Source of the DNA: a virus
Lineage: Duplodnaviria; Caudoviricetes
Strand: one strand, 5' to 3'
IMG/VR virus record: IMGVR_UViG_3300028588_000015
Location: 161,548 to 225,547 of that record
Length of the DNA stretch: 64,000 bases
Made by a program: the position numbers and the translations under genes. Below the pieces are notes generated by a model that ran no database searches, was not told the DNA's origin, and was given only the letters and a program-made list of their open reading frames with translations. Positions 1 to 8,499 of the stretch are shown in pieces. Position 1 is the stretch's first letter. The number at the start of each line of letters is the position of its first letter.

Positions 1-438
1 AGAACGTTCGTTCTGCTTGAGTTTCAGGATCATGCCCCGCAATTGGAACCGCGCATTGTAACAGTCAGTCCAATTCCACGCTGCCAAGGACTTGTCCAGT
101 CGCTTGGTCTCTTCCAGTGCATCGAAGCGCACACTCCCATTGGCATTGAAAGTCCGGGTGAATTGGCCAAAGCCGCAGCCGAATTCACGCGAAGTTTTCA
201 ATGTCGCTTTGAGCTTCCACAAACTCTCTTGCTCCACCAAACCTGCCGAGAATTCCCGCATGTCCATGTCCGCCCAATAGGCGTCGATCTCTTCAACCAA
301 CACCGGCAGGTAGGTCGTCGCATCGTTCGGTAGCTTCACCGATGCTGCGTAGGCTTGGCCGATTGCCATGATGGTAGCAAATGCCAACCACAGCGATGTG
401 ATCAAAACGGGACGATTCTTCGCAATGTACGCTTTCAT
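1..438 (-). CDS. Lytic transglycosylase (SLT-like) endolysin with N-terminal signal peptide/anchor; partial, runs off the window start; absent from the ORF track
   Basis: Manual translation from ATG at 438 (4-bp ATGA overlap with the upstream stop) is open for 146 codons: MKAYIAKNRPVLITSLWLAFATIMAIGQAYA-ASVKLP...AGLVEQESLWKLKATLKTSREFGCGFGQFTR. The xES...GxGxGQFT pattern is SLT-like. Confidence 0.8.
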   Translation of the reverse strand, partial: MKAYIAKNRPVLITSLWLAFATIMAIGQAYAASVKLPNDATTYLPVLVEEIDAYWADMDMREFSAGLVEQESLWKLKATLKTSREFGCGFGQFTRTFNANGSVRFDALEETKRLDKSLAAWNWTDCYNARFQLRGMILKLKQNERS

Positions 439-818
439 TTCAGGAAGTCGCACAGTTGCAGCAGGATCACCATGCGCACCACCCAGGTGAACTTGCTGGC
501 CCAGTAGATATGGGCGGCGCCGATGGGGTCTTGCATGGCCTTCTTGGCGGCCGACTGGATATCGACGCCCGGCTGGGTGGACATGCGAATCCAGAAGATC
601 GACAGTTCGAGCCAGGTGAGGATCGCCACCGCCCGGAAGATGATCAGGATTTCCGGGTAACGGTCCGGCACGCTGCTGCCGTGAAACCGCGCCAGATCGA
701 TCAGAGTATCGAGAATACCCGTCGCGGTCAAAAGCAGGATACCCAGCACCAGCGAGCGCAGGAAAGCGCGCTGGAGAACTTGCCAGGTCTTGTCGTTGAA
801 ACTTTTCAGAATGGACAT
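435..818 (-). CDS. Small membrane protein with 2-3 TM segments, putative holin
   Basis: Hydrophobic stretches AFLRSLVLGILLLTATGIL, ILIIFRAVAILTWLELSIFWI and IGAAHIYW...VILL; translationally coupled to the endolysin gene. Confidence 0.55.
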   Translation of the reverse strand: MSILKSFNDKTWQVLQRAFLRSLVLGILLLTATGILDTLIDLARFHGSSVPDRYPEILIIFRAVAILTWLELSIFWIRMSTQPGVDIQSAAKKAMQDPIGAAHIYWASKFTWVVRMVILLQLCDFLK

Positions 819-848
819 TTTTATTTCCCTAGTTAAAATAAAAGAAGA

Positions 849-870
849 GGAGAGGGCAGTTACCCTCTCC
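849..870 (-). terminator. Intrinsic terminator after the tail fibre gene
   Basis: GGAGAGGG-N6-CCCTCTCC stem followed by a T-rich tail on the minus strand. Confidence 0.7.
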
Positions 871-878
871 TTACAGCG

Positions 879-3800
879 TTAACTGAGGTTGTGCGTCAAG
901 ATATACTTGTCGCCCAACTTAACTTCCAAGGTATCGAGGTCTTCCACGTTCAGTGCCACAAACGTTGTCGGTACATCGATCCTTTTCACACTAATGACTG
1001 GAATCAACTCGCGATTCATCGAGACAAACGCGTCACCGACCACCACATCGCCTGCTTCTTTCCAGCGGTAGACGTTGAGCGCTTTGTCGTACACGAAGTG
1101 CGTGTGCGTCAGCGTCGAATGCAATCCATTCAGTTTCACAGATTTATTTAACACGAAGCGTTTGCACTGCCTCACCGAAGACACCTCGTTTACGCTCACG
1201 CGTGAAATGTTTTCTACCGTCCAGCTTTCCCAGTTATGTACACTGGAATCGAGCATGGTCGGTTCTGAGAAACTTGACACCATATCGCCTTCAACCAGAT
1301 CGTCGACTAGGCGATCACCCAAAGGTGTATGCAGCACTGTCCCTAAGGCAAAACAGCGCCCATCGACAACAAGACTGAAGCTGATCGTCGTCGCCACCGA
1401 TGGGTCATTGGCTTGGCGAACATTGATCGTCACTGTCGCGTTGACCGCGTCGTCGGGACTACTGTCTCGAGAATCGACCAACAGACCGCTGCTTAACGTA
1501 CCCCACGTGCCGTGGGGAATAGACGAGTTTACAAACCCGTTATCCGGGTTGTTATAGTAATCCACCATCACCATGGCTTCGAAGCCGGCTGCATTGCCGT
1601 TCAGGAAGCGGCCCGACTGCGATGGCGTTTTGTCACCCGTACCTTGTCCCGCAATAGCCCACGTACCGTCAGCATTCAGCCTGAACGTCATGGTGGCCAT
1701 GGAACCAGGACTGTACGAATACAGGTTAGCCGGAATGTTGTTAATCCCGCTGCTGAAAGGATTCACATAGCCGCAATACGCGCTCTTGGCTTCCAGCAAC
1801 TGTGCATAGCTACCGCCATTGCCGTCGGCGACAGATTGGTACTTGTCGTACTCTTGGCAGTATACGCTCAGGACTGTGCCCGCTGGCGGGTATTCATCCC
1901 ATCCGGTGATAAATGACACCGCATCGGAATACGGTGAGTTAATTTGTCCCGCAGCGCTGGTGGCATAGTAATGCGCGTAGACCGTATACGTCTTGTGGTT
2001 TTGCAACGCATTCGAGGGGATACTGATACTGCCAGGATCGCCTGCGACGGTGACGTGATCGTAGACTAAATTACCATCGCTGTCGTATACATTGCAGCGT
2101 GAGCCGCCATACGCCACGGTCCCATCGTTATTGTTGATAACCATGGGATTTAAACGAAGCGCGAGGGCGGCGTCTTTACTCGACAAGACAACGCCATTCG
2201 GCGACCACCACGTGGGTTTCGCGAGCGACGGTACTGGTGGTGGTGTATAGCCGCAGGTCGGGCTGTTGGTCTGGTACAGTTGGTTGTATGAACCGCCGTT
2301 GCCATCGGCATATGTACGCCACAGATCAAAACCCTGACAGTACTGGTTCAGCACGGTGCCTGCTGCCGGGGGCGAATAACCGCAGATCGTCGCATTCGTT
2401 TCCACCAAGACCGTGGTGTAACCACCATTGCCGTCAGCGATCTTATTGTACTTATCGTATTCTACGCATGTGTAGCCGATCACAGTGCCTTGTGGTGGAT
2501 ACTGTGGCGGTGGAACGTAGCCACAGTCAAGGCTGTTCTGTTCCAGCAACTGCTCGTGGTCAGTGCCGTCACCATTGGCAATGCGTTGGTACTTGTCTGT
2601 TCCTTTGCAATACGTGGCCAGAACAGTACCAGCGGCAGGTGGTGGTACATAGCCGCATTGAAGGCTATTGATCTCCTTGACAATGTCGGTTTCACCGCCA
2701 AGACCGTCAGCGTAGACTACGTGCAGGGTGAATGTCCCATACTCGCAATAACGACGCAGCTCTGTGCCCGCAGCTGGCGGCGGGATGTAGCCACACTCTA
2801 TGCTCTTTGGTTGAATGAGTTGATCATACTGACCATAGTTACCGTCAGCGTACGTACCCCATAGTTCGGTCGTGCCGGGCTTGCAGTAGCGACCAAGTTC
2901 AGTGCCTGGCGGCGTCGGTGGTACATAACCACAATCACCACTCTTGGCAGCGATGATCTGCTCGAACTCACCATAATTACCATTAGCGTAAATGCCCCAC
3001 AGGTCCACACCCTTGCAGAAGCGGCGCAGTTCAGTCCCGTATGGGATCGGTGGCACATAACCGCATTCGAGACTCTTGGGGTCGATGACCTGCTGGTACT
3101 CGCCATAGTTACCGTCCGCATAGGCGCCCCATTTTTCCACACCTTGGCAATACGTACGCAGCAGCGTGCCATACGGGATGGGTGGGATGTACCCACACTC
3201 AAGACTCTTTTCTTCCCACAGCTGTTCGTATTCCCCATTGCGGCCATCCGCGTAGACGTGCCACATCTGGATATCTTTACAATACGTTCGCAGGAGTGTT
3301 CCGGCGGCCGGGTATGGCGGCACCGTGTCGAATGCCGCAGCAGCCGACCAGTCGGAATAGGCACCTTCGACGTCCGTATACCTGAAACGCCAGTAGTACC
3401 GCTTTGATCCTTGAAGAAGCTCCGGCGGCTGATATGATTGCACGGACGCGTCAACAGTTGCGAGAAATTGAATGTCCGTAAAATCCGACGAGAGCGCCAC
3501 ATGAATCTGCGCTTGTTTTAGTGCGATACCGAAGAGTGAGTAATAATGCGAACCCTCAAACGGTGTTTCTAATTTTACGCCAGTCGCGCCATTTGCCGGT
3601 ACAAGCGCTTTTGGCCGGCGCACTGCGGGCAAAGTCGTGACAAGGTCTGACTTTTTGGCAAACTGGGGATGTGGGTCGGCATTTGCAATGTGCCCCGCCA
3701 TGAGCGCGTCCACGCCCTCTTTGATATGCGTGGCGGAAGTACTGCGCAAGTTTTGAATCACACCCGTCACTTGCAACCGCGCTGCATCTTCGCCAACACT

Positions 3801-4301
3801 ACTGGCCGACTGCATCCGGTGGATCGCGTCTTCCAAATACTCGGTGCCGTAAACTTCCGATACGTGGTGCAGGTGGGGTGCCGGATTAAAGCGTTCGGGC
3901 TTATCGATGATGTCTTCCCAGCGGACATTCTCTTCACCCGACCCCAACTGGGTCAATGCTTCGATCAATTTCTTTTTCGAGTAACTGTCCCAGCGCCCCA
4001 TTGCTTGGTAAGTAATGGTGATGTTATTGCTGACAGCCGGATCGGTAATCAAAACGATGGTGCAAATACGACGGCCGTATTTCTTGGTTTCTTCGGCCAG
4101 CATCTCGCCGGCGCGGTACTGCTGACTTGTCAGTGTTTTACCGGTATCCGCGTCTTTAACAATCAAACTGGCGACAAAGAAAGCACCGTAATCGGGCACT
4201 GCAATACGAACAGGGCGATTAACCAGCACATGCGGCTCATTCGCCACCTTGTTTGAAGGCGCTTTGCCGCTTCGGTCCAACGGGAAATAAATAGAATCCA
4301 T
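879..4301 (-). CDS. Long tail fibre-like virion protein: shared N-terminal attachment domain, FN3-like domains, nine Cys-pair repeats, C-terminal Hint domain
   Basis: N-terminus YFPLDRSG..SNKVANE is shared with three upstream paralogs; HxxxxDPHPQF fibre motif; YWRFRY..YSDWS FN3 motif; repeats; terminal CFALGT...THTHF...LTHN. Confidence 0.8.
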   Translation of the reverse strand: MDSIYFPLDRSGKAPSNKVANEPHVLVNRPVRIAVPDYGAFFVASLIVKDADTGKTLTSQQYRAGEMLAEETKKYGRRICTIVLITDPAVSNNITITYQAMGRWDSYSKKKLIEALTQLGSGEENVRWEDIIDKPERFNPAPHLHHVSEVYGTEYLEDAIHRMQSASSVGEDAARLQVTGVIQNLRSTSATHIKEGVDALMAGHIANADPHPQFAKKSDLVTTLPAVRRPKALVPANGATGVKLETPFEGSHYYSLFGIALKQAQIHVALSSDFTDIQFLATVDASVQSYQPPELLQGSKRYYWRFRYTDVEGAYSDWSAAAAFDTVPPYPAAGTLLRTYCKDIQMWHVYADGRNGEYEQLWEEKSLECGYIPPIPYGTLLRTYCQGVEKWGAYADGNYGEYQQVIDPKSLECGYVPPIPYGTELRRFCKGVDLWGIYANGNYGEFEQIIAAKSGDCGYVPPTPPGTELGRYCKPGTTELWGTYADGNYGQYDQLIQPKSIECGYIPPPAAGTELRRYCEYGTFTLHVVYADGLGGETDIVKEINSLQCGYVPPPAAGTVLATYCKGTDKYQRIANGDGTDHEQLLEQNSLDCGYVPPPQYPPQGTVIGYTCVEYDKYNKIADGNGGYTTVLVETNATICGYSPPAAGTVLNQYCQGFDLWRTYADGNGGSYNQLYQTNSPTCGYTPPPVPSLAKPTWWSPNGVVLSSKDAALALRLNPMVINNNDGTVAYGGSRCNVYDSDGNLVYDHVTVAGDPGSISIPSNALQNHKTYTVYAHYYATSAAGQINSPYSDAVSFITGWDEYPPAGTVLSVYCQEYDKYQSVADGNGGSYAQLLEAKSAYCGYVNPFSSGINNIPANLYSYSPGSMATMTFRLNADGTWAIAGQGTGDKTPSQSGRFLNGNAAGFEAMVMVDYYNNPDNGFVNSSIPHGTWGTLSSGLLVDSRDSSPDDAVNATVTINVRQANDPSVATTISFSLVVDGRCFALGTVLHTPLGDRLVDDLVEGDMVSSFSEPTMLDSSVHNWESWTVENISRVSVNEVSSVRQCKRFVLNKSVKLNGLHSTLTHTHFVYDKALNVYRWKEAGDVVVGDAFVSMNRELIPVISVKRIDVPTTFVALNVEDLDTLEVKLGDKYILTHNLS
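1760..3322 (-). repeat. Intragenic protein repeats of ~44 aa: eight in tandem (3322-2235) plus one isolated copy (1895-1760)
   Basis: Consensus PxxGTxLxxYCxxxxxWxxYADGxxGxYxQLxxxxSxxCGYxP read directly from the translation. Confidence 0.9.
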
Positions 4302-4315
4302 ACCAACTCCCTAAG

Positions 4316-5305
4316 TTACGAAGTGGTGAACGATGTCGCGGTAGACCACGGGGACCATTCGCCTTCGGTATTTTGATAAGACACGCGCCAGAAGTAACGC
4401 GTATTTGCAGACAGCGCCGACGCGTGTGTGTAGTTCTGTACTGCACCCAAGGTAACATCGGCGACCATGTTCGTGAAGTCACGCGCCAAAGCGATTTGAA
4501 TCCGCATCGCCTTTTGCGGAATACCGTAAAGGGCACGATAGGCATTGCAAGCAAAGGCCACGTTATTGCGGGTGACCGTTTTGGTTTGGTCCCCTGGGCT
4601 GACGTTCTTGGGGCGGCGCACTTGGGCGTATGCCAATAGCAGGGCGTTGCCAACTTCCGACTTCTTCAGGTAATACGGGTGAGCATTCGCGTCGCCCACG
4701 TGCGCATCCATGAGGCCTTGTGCGTCTGTCGGGATGCCCGTGCCATATGGACCCAAAATGTCACTGGCGTACTTCAACACCGCGTCGTAGGTGGACACCC
4801 TACCATTGACGATCGTGCCGCTCACTGCGTTCATTGCATTTTCCAGACTGGCAAAACCGAATTCATCGTCCGTAAAGTCAGCAGGGGTGAGTGCAGGTGG
4901 GTGGGGCAGAACGTCCGTCCATGCGGGTGACCGGGCACTGGCCAAACGGCGGGTAAGCATGGCAACCACGTCCGTTTCTGGCACACTGTACGGGCCGCCG
5001 ACCACTTGGTAATTCACCTTGACCGTATTGCTCACTGCGGGATCAGTAATGACAATCAAGCCGCAAATGTCTTTCTTGTACTTTGAGGTGGGTATGTTGT
5101 AACGCCATGCGGCGTAGTACTGGCTTTTTGCCAGAGGCTGATTGTTGGCAGTATCTACCAGTACCAGCGAGGTAGCGAAGAATGCACCAAAACGCAGCGC
5201 GAAAACCCGCAGACCTGTGTTCGGCACAGCACAGACTTCCCCTTGGACCAAATTGTTGACACTGGTACCGCTAGGGTCAAGTGGGTAAGTATCGAGAGAC
5301 GACAT
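4316..5305 (-). CDS. Virion tail fibre/baseplate-associated protein (paralog family), C-terminal FN3-like domain
   Basis: YPLDPSG..NNLVQGE N-terminus; HVGDANAHPYY; RYFWRVSY..EWSPWS. Confidence 0.7.
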   Translation of the reverse strand: MSSLDTYPLDPSGTSVNNLVQGEVCAVPNTGLRVFALRFGAFFATSLVLVDTANNQPLAKSQYYAAWRYNIPTSKYKKDICGLIVITDPAVSNTVKVNYQVVGGPYSVPETDVVAMLTRRLASARSPAWTDVLPHPPALTPADFTDDEFGFASLENAMNAVSGTIVNGRVSTYDAVLKYASDILGPYGTGIPTDAQGLMDAHVGDANAHPYYLKKSEVGNALLLAYAQVRRPKNVSPGDQTKTVTRNNVAFACNAYRALYGIPQKAMRIQIALARDFTNMVADVTLGAVQNYTHASALSANTRYFWRVSYQNTEGEWSPWSTATSFTTS

Positions 5306-5320
5306 GACGACTCCTTCTTA

Positions 5321-6319
5321 TTAAACGGCGCGGGTACTGAAGTACGTCACGGCACTCCAGTCTGACCACGACAGGTCGTCCGACTGGTACCGGGCGCGCC
5401 AAAAGAACATGGTGTTGGCGGTTAGCAAACTGTCGATTTGGTAGGTATCCGTAACCCCTTCCAGTACAACATCTTTTTCGAGCGTGCCAAACGAATTGTC
5501 GCGGGCAATTTGGACTTGGATTGCTTTTTGCGGATTGCGGTACATCGAATAATACGGCGATAGCTTGAATGCCAGATTACGCTGCACACCCGCTGCACCC
5601 TGTGAGGGTGTGATTCCCGCAGGAGTGCGTACCGTGAAGACGACGCTGTCGACTTTAGTGCGCAAAATGTACTGGCTATGTGCCATGGGGTCGACCGCGT
5701 GTTTGGCCAGCAGTTTCGATGCCAAAGCCGATGCAACTGCGGCGAGCGACTGCTTCATCGTGTCGACGTAGCGATAGTAGTTGTCGTAATCGATTACCGA
5801 AGAAACTTCCATGGCCATGCGCGCACGCTCTACCGCATGAACAACTGGTTCGAAACCATAGATATCGCCGAGATCGTGAAGGTGGCGGACGGGGTTGAAT
5901 TCAGTTGGGCGATTTTCGATTGCCATGTATTCGACAGAACGGCTATCGAGTTTTGCGATCTCGATCATGTCTAGAATTGGCAACAGTAAGTCTTCGTATT
6001 CGCCACCCACCACTTGGTACTGCAATTCCACGGTGTTACTGACGTGCGGGTCGGTAATCACAATTACTGCGCTGACCTCTTGACTAAAGCGTGCTGTCGG
6101 CTCAGCAATAATTCGGCTAATGATGTAATGCACACCACGCTCCAGTACGGTGTTACTGGCGCTGTCACGGATTTTCAGCGAGGCGGAGAAGAAAGCACCA
6201 TAGGTCGGCACGATTGCTCGCCGTGCACGGCTTTCAAGGGTACGTGCTTCTCTTTGGACGAGATTACCCGGACTCTTTCCGGATGGATCGAGTGGATAAC
6301 GGTGAAGATATCGGGACAT
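5321..6319 (-). CDS. Virion tail fibre/baseplate-associated protein (paralog family), C-terminal FN3-like domain
   Basis: YPLDPSG..GNLVQRE; HAVDPMAHSQY; FFWRARY..SWSDWS. Confidence 0.7.
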   Translation of the reverse strand: MSRYLHRYPLDPSGKSPGNLVQREARTLESRARRAIVPTYGAFFSASLKIRDSASNTVLERGVHYIISRIIAEPTARFSQEVSAVIVITDPHVSNTVELQYQVVGGEYEDLLLPILDMIEIAKLDSRSVEYMAIENRPTEFNPVRHLHDLGDIYGFEPVVHAVERARMAMEVSSVIDYDNYYRYVDTMKQSLAAVASALASKLLAKHAVDPMAHSQYILRTKVDSVVFTVRTPAGITPSQGAAGVQRNLAFKLSPYYSMYRNPQKAIQVQIARDNSFGTLEKDVVLEGVTDTYQIDSLLTANTMFFWRARYQSDDLSWSDWSAVTYFSTRAV

Positions 6320-6405
6320 AAGGGCTCCGGATTAAAAGGTTACTATGCGAAATAAACCAGCAACATGGCACTGTAGGCCACGCTGCTGGTTGGCATAGAA
6401 AGAAA

Positions 6406-7107
6406 TCAGGTATGGTAAGCCTGCACGTGGGCGGCTATCGCATCGGCTGCTGCCTTCGTCGCCATGGCTTGTGCTTGGGCATTCGTGGGTGCATCCAGCT
6501 GGGCGGCCGTCGTACCGTGGGGGTTGTTCTTGTCGCTCTTGTGACTGGCCAAGTCTTGACCGCCGCGCTGCGCAATTGTTGCAGTCATGGCGTTCAGGGC
6601 TGTTACCAGCGCTTCCATGCCTTTGAGATCGATGAGGCTGTATTCATGATCGATCACCGGGAAAGCATTGGGTAGGTTGATGAGTTGTTCCCACGACGTC
6701 ACGCGCGGGTTACCGATACGATTGGCCAGCAATTCAGCCAGTTCGGTATCACTTGGGACCCATCCACCACCGACCGTATTGTAGACCAAGGTGACCTTGC
6801 CGACCAACGCGGTGTTCAAAAAGCTAATGGAACCCCAGATCGGTTTGGCAGTGCTGTAGGACGCGTCGACAAAAGGATGAGAACAATAGTAGTCGATGTT
6901 CTTGTCCAGCGTACGCGGTGTATTCGTGACGCTGTCAACAAACACAATCGACAATGAATCTTCAAAGAACGGCGCGACCTTGGGGACGATGAAGTAGTAA
7001 TCACGCGGATTGGCGCCCGACAGGATTTGCTGTTCCCCGGTGATCTTGTTAGAGACTTTCGTACCCGTCGGATCGAACGGATACGACGTGGCGGTAATTG
7101 TGGACAT
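6406..7107 (-). CDS. Virion tail fibre/baseplate-associated protein (short paralog)
   Basis: YPFDPTG..SNKITGE; HKSDKNNPHGTTAAQL fibre-type motif. Confidence 0.7.
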   Translation of the reverse strand: MSTITATSYPFDPTGTKVSNKITGEQQILSGANPRDYYFIVPKVAPFFEDSLSIVFVDSVTNTPRTLDKNIDYYCSHPFVDASYSTAKPIWGSISFLNTALVGKVTLVYNTVGGGWVPSDTELAELLANRIGNPRVTSWEQLINLPNAFPVIDHEYSLIDLKGMEALVTALNAMTATIAQRGGQDLASHKSDKNNPHGTTAAQLDAPTNAQAQAMATKAAADAIAAHVQAYHT

Positions 7108-7200
7108 CTAGAAGCCCTCCAGGGGTAATCCGATATGTTATGGGCTCGACTGAGCAACTATATAATTTGTAAATTGCACCTTTCAAAGGCGAAATTCATC

Positions 7201-8436
7201 ATGTACACATTGGTTGAAGCAATCGCACGACCCATCGGCGGTGGTGGACGATGGACGGCCATCGCACTGGGAGACATGCTTCTCCCAAGCGTATTTTCCA
7301 CTTATGACCAAGTGCTGGCGACCTTGACCAACCCGTACCTGTCGGGCAAGGTCTGTCTCGATCTGGCCACGATCCGAGCTGATTATGGCAGCCAAGACAT
7401 TACCTTCAATAGTTTCTTGGAAGTTCAGGGTAATGTAACGCTGGACACAAGCGATACATTACCGGTCCTCAAGACCCGCTATGCCAAGTATAACGACGCG
7501 ATCCGCGCCAAGTACCACGTCCAATCGATCCATCCGAGCGCGGCGCTCGACGCACAGTTGCCGGCTTCGGAGCGTACGTGGCTCCTGATGACCAAAGCAG
7601 GACTGGATTACAATCTCTTCTATGAAAGCGCCTTGGTGTCGGTCAATGGGTTCATCCATCCGACCGACGTAAGCCAGGACGGTATCTACGTCAAAGAAGG
7701 CATGGTGTCACGCAACATGTCGGGCAAAGCGGAGATTGGTGTGTACTCGTTCCGCGAGCTTGGCAAACTCAGCTTTGTGCCGATCACGCCCGAGATGGTC
7801 TACAAGCAAGACGCGTCGCAACTCTTCAAAGACCGTGCTCACGTTGACCTCGGTATCGATGTGTCGAACAAAACGGTGATGCTGGTCCTGGGAGGCTACT
7901 TCCATGTCCTGGATGAACGCACCTTCTACCGTGTTAGTGATTCGGCTTTTGCTGTCGTCTTCAACAACTTGCCACTGTTCGACCGCTTTTACGATTCACG
8001 CAAGTACATCGATCTGAGTTCCCTGAATGTGGAAATCAGCGATAACAATCCGTCGCACTTTTCGGTAGAAGATTTGTTGTCTGACGCCGCCTTGCGCGCA
8101 TACCTGACTCTGCCGCAATCGTTCTTCGTGATCCTCGACAACCCGAACGTATTCGTCGAATACGCGCCCGTGCGCACCACCATGTTGCCGGGCCTATACA
8201 TCAGCGATGTGCCGCCAGCGTACCCACTCCTGTCGGAAATCGGAAAGATGGTGAACTACTGGTATCACTATGAGAATGAGCAATACTCGATTACCGCCAC
8301 CGATGCTTACCGTCACGACTACAATTACCGTACTGTGGCTGCTCGTAATGCGTTGAGTCTCGGCGATACTCGGAATACGGCTCGGCCTCTCGCCAATGGC
8401 GATTTGCGGTACTTACAGATTGGTGCTGATCTCTAG
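7201..8436 (+). CDS. Conserved jumbo-phage virion structural protein (probably baseplate)
   Basis: Long ORF with normal codon usage between tail genes; likely start MYTLVEA at 7201 (track starts at 7135). Function inferred from context. Confidence 0.5.
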   Translation: MYTLVEAIARPIGGGGRWTAIALGDMLLPSVFSTYDQVLATLTNPYLSGKVCLDLATIRADYGSQDITFNSFLEVQGNVTLDTSDTLPVLKTRYAKYNDAIRAKYHVQSIHPSAALDAQLPASERTWLLMTKAGLDYNLFYESALVSVNGFIHPTDVSQDGIYVKEGMVSRNMSGKAEIGVYSFRELGKLSFVPITPEMVYKQDASQLFKDRAHVDLGIDVSNKTVMLVLGGYFHVLDERTFYRVSDSAFAVVFNNLPLFDRFYDSRKYIDLSSLNVEISDNNPSHFSVEDLLSDAALRAYLTLPQSFFVILDNPNVFVEYAPVRTTMLPGLYISDVPPAYPLLSEIGKMVNYWYHYENEQYSITATDAYRHDYNYRTVAARNALSLGDTRNTARPLANGDLRYLQIGADL

Positions 8437-8450
8437 TTTTTTTGGTGCCA

Positions 8451-8487
8451 CCTACGGCTTACCCGTCAGTTCGGGGTAAGCCGTAGG
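8451..8487. terminator. Hairpin between convergent genes, followed by TATGCCG (8492-8498)
   Basis: CCTACGGCTTACCC...GGGTAAGCCGTAGG 14-bp stem. Confidence 0.7.
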
Positions 8488-8499
8488 GCTGTATGCCGT

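Noticed and set aside
885-1355. Hint domain as a true splicing intein or mobile element
   Set aside because: No C-extein nucleophile (Asn is followed by Leu-Ser-stop) and no homing endonuclease; treated as a cleavage-type domain instead.
2235-3322. Fibre repeats as a diversity-generating retroelement (TR/VR) or CRISPR-like array
   Set aside because: Copies differ at all base types and mostly at synonymous positions, lie in frame in one CDS, and no reverse transcriptase or cas gene is in the window.
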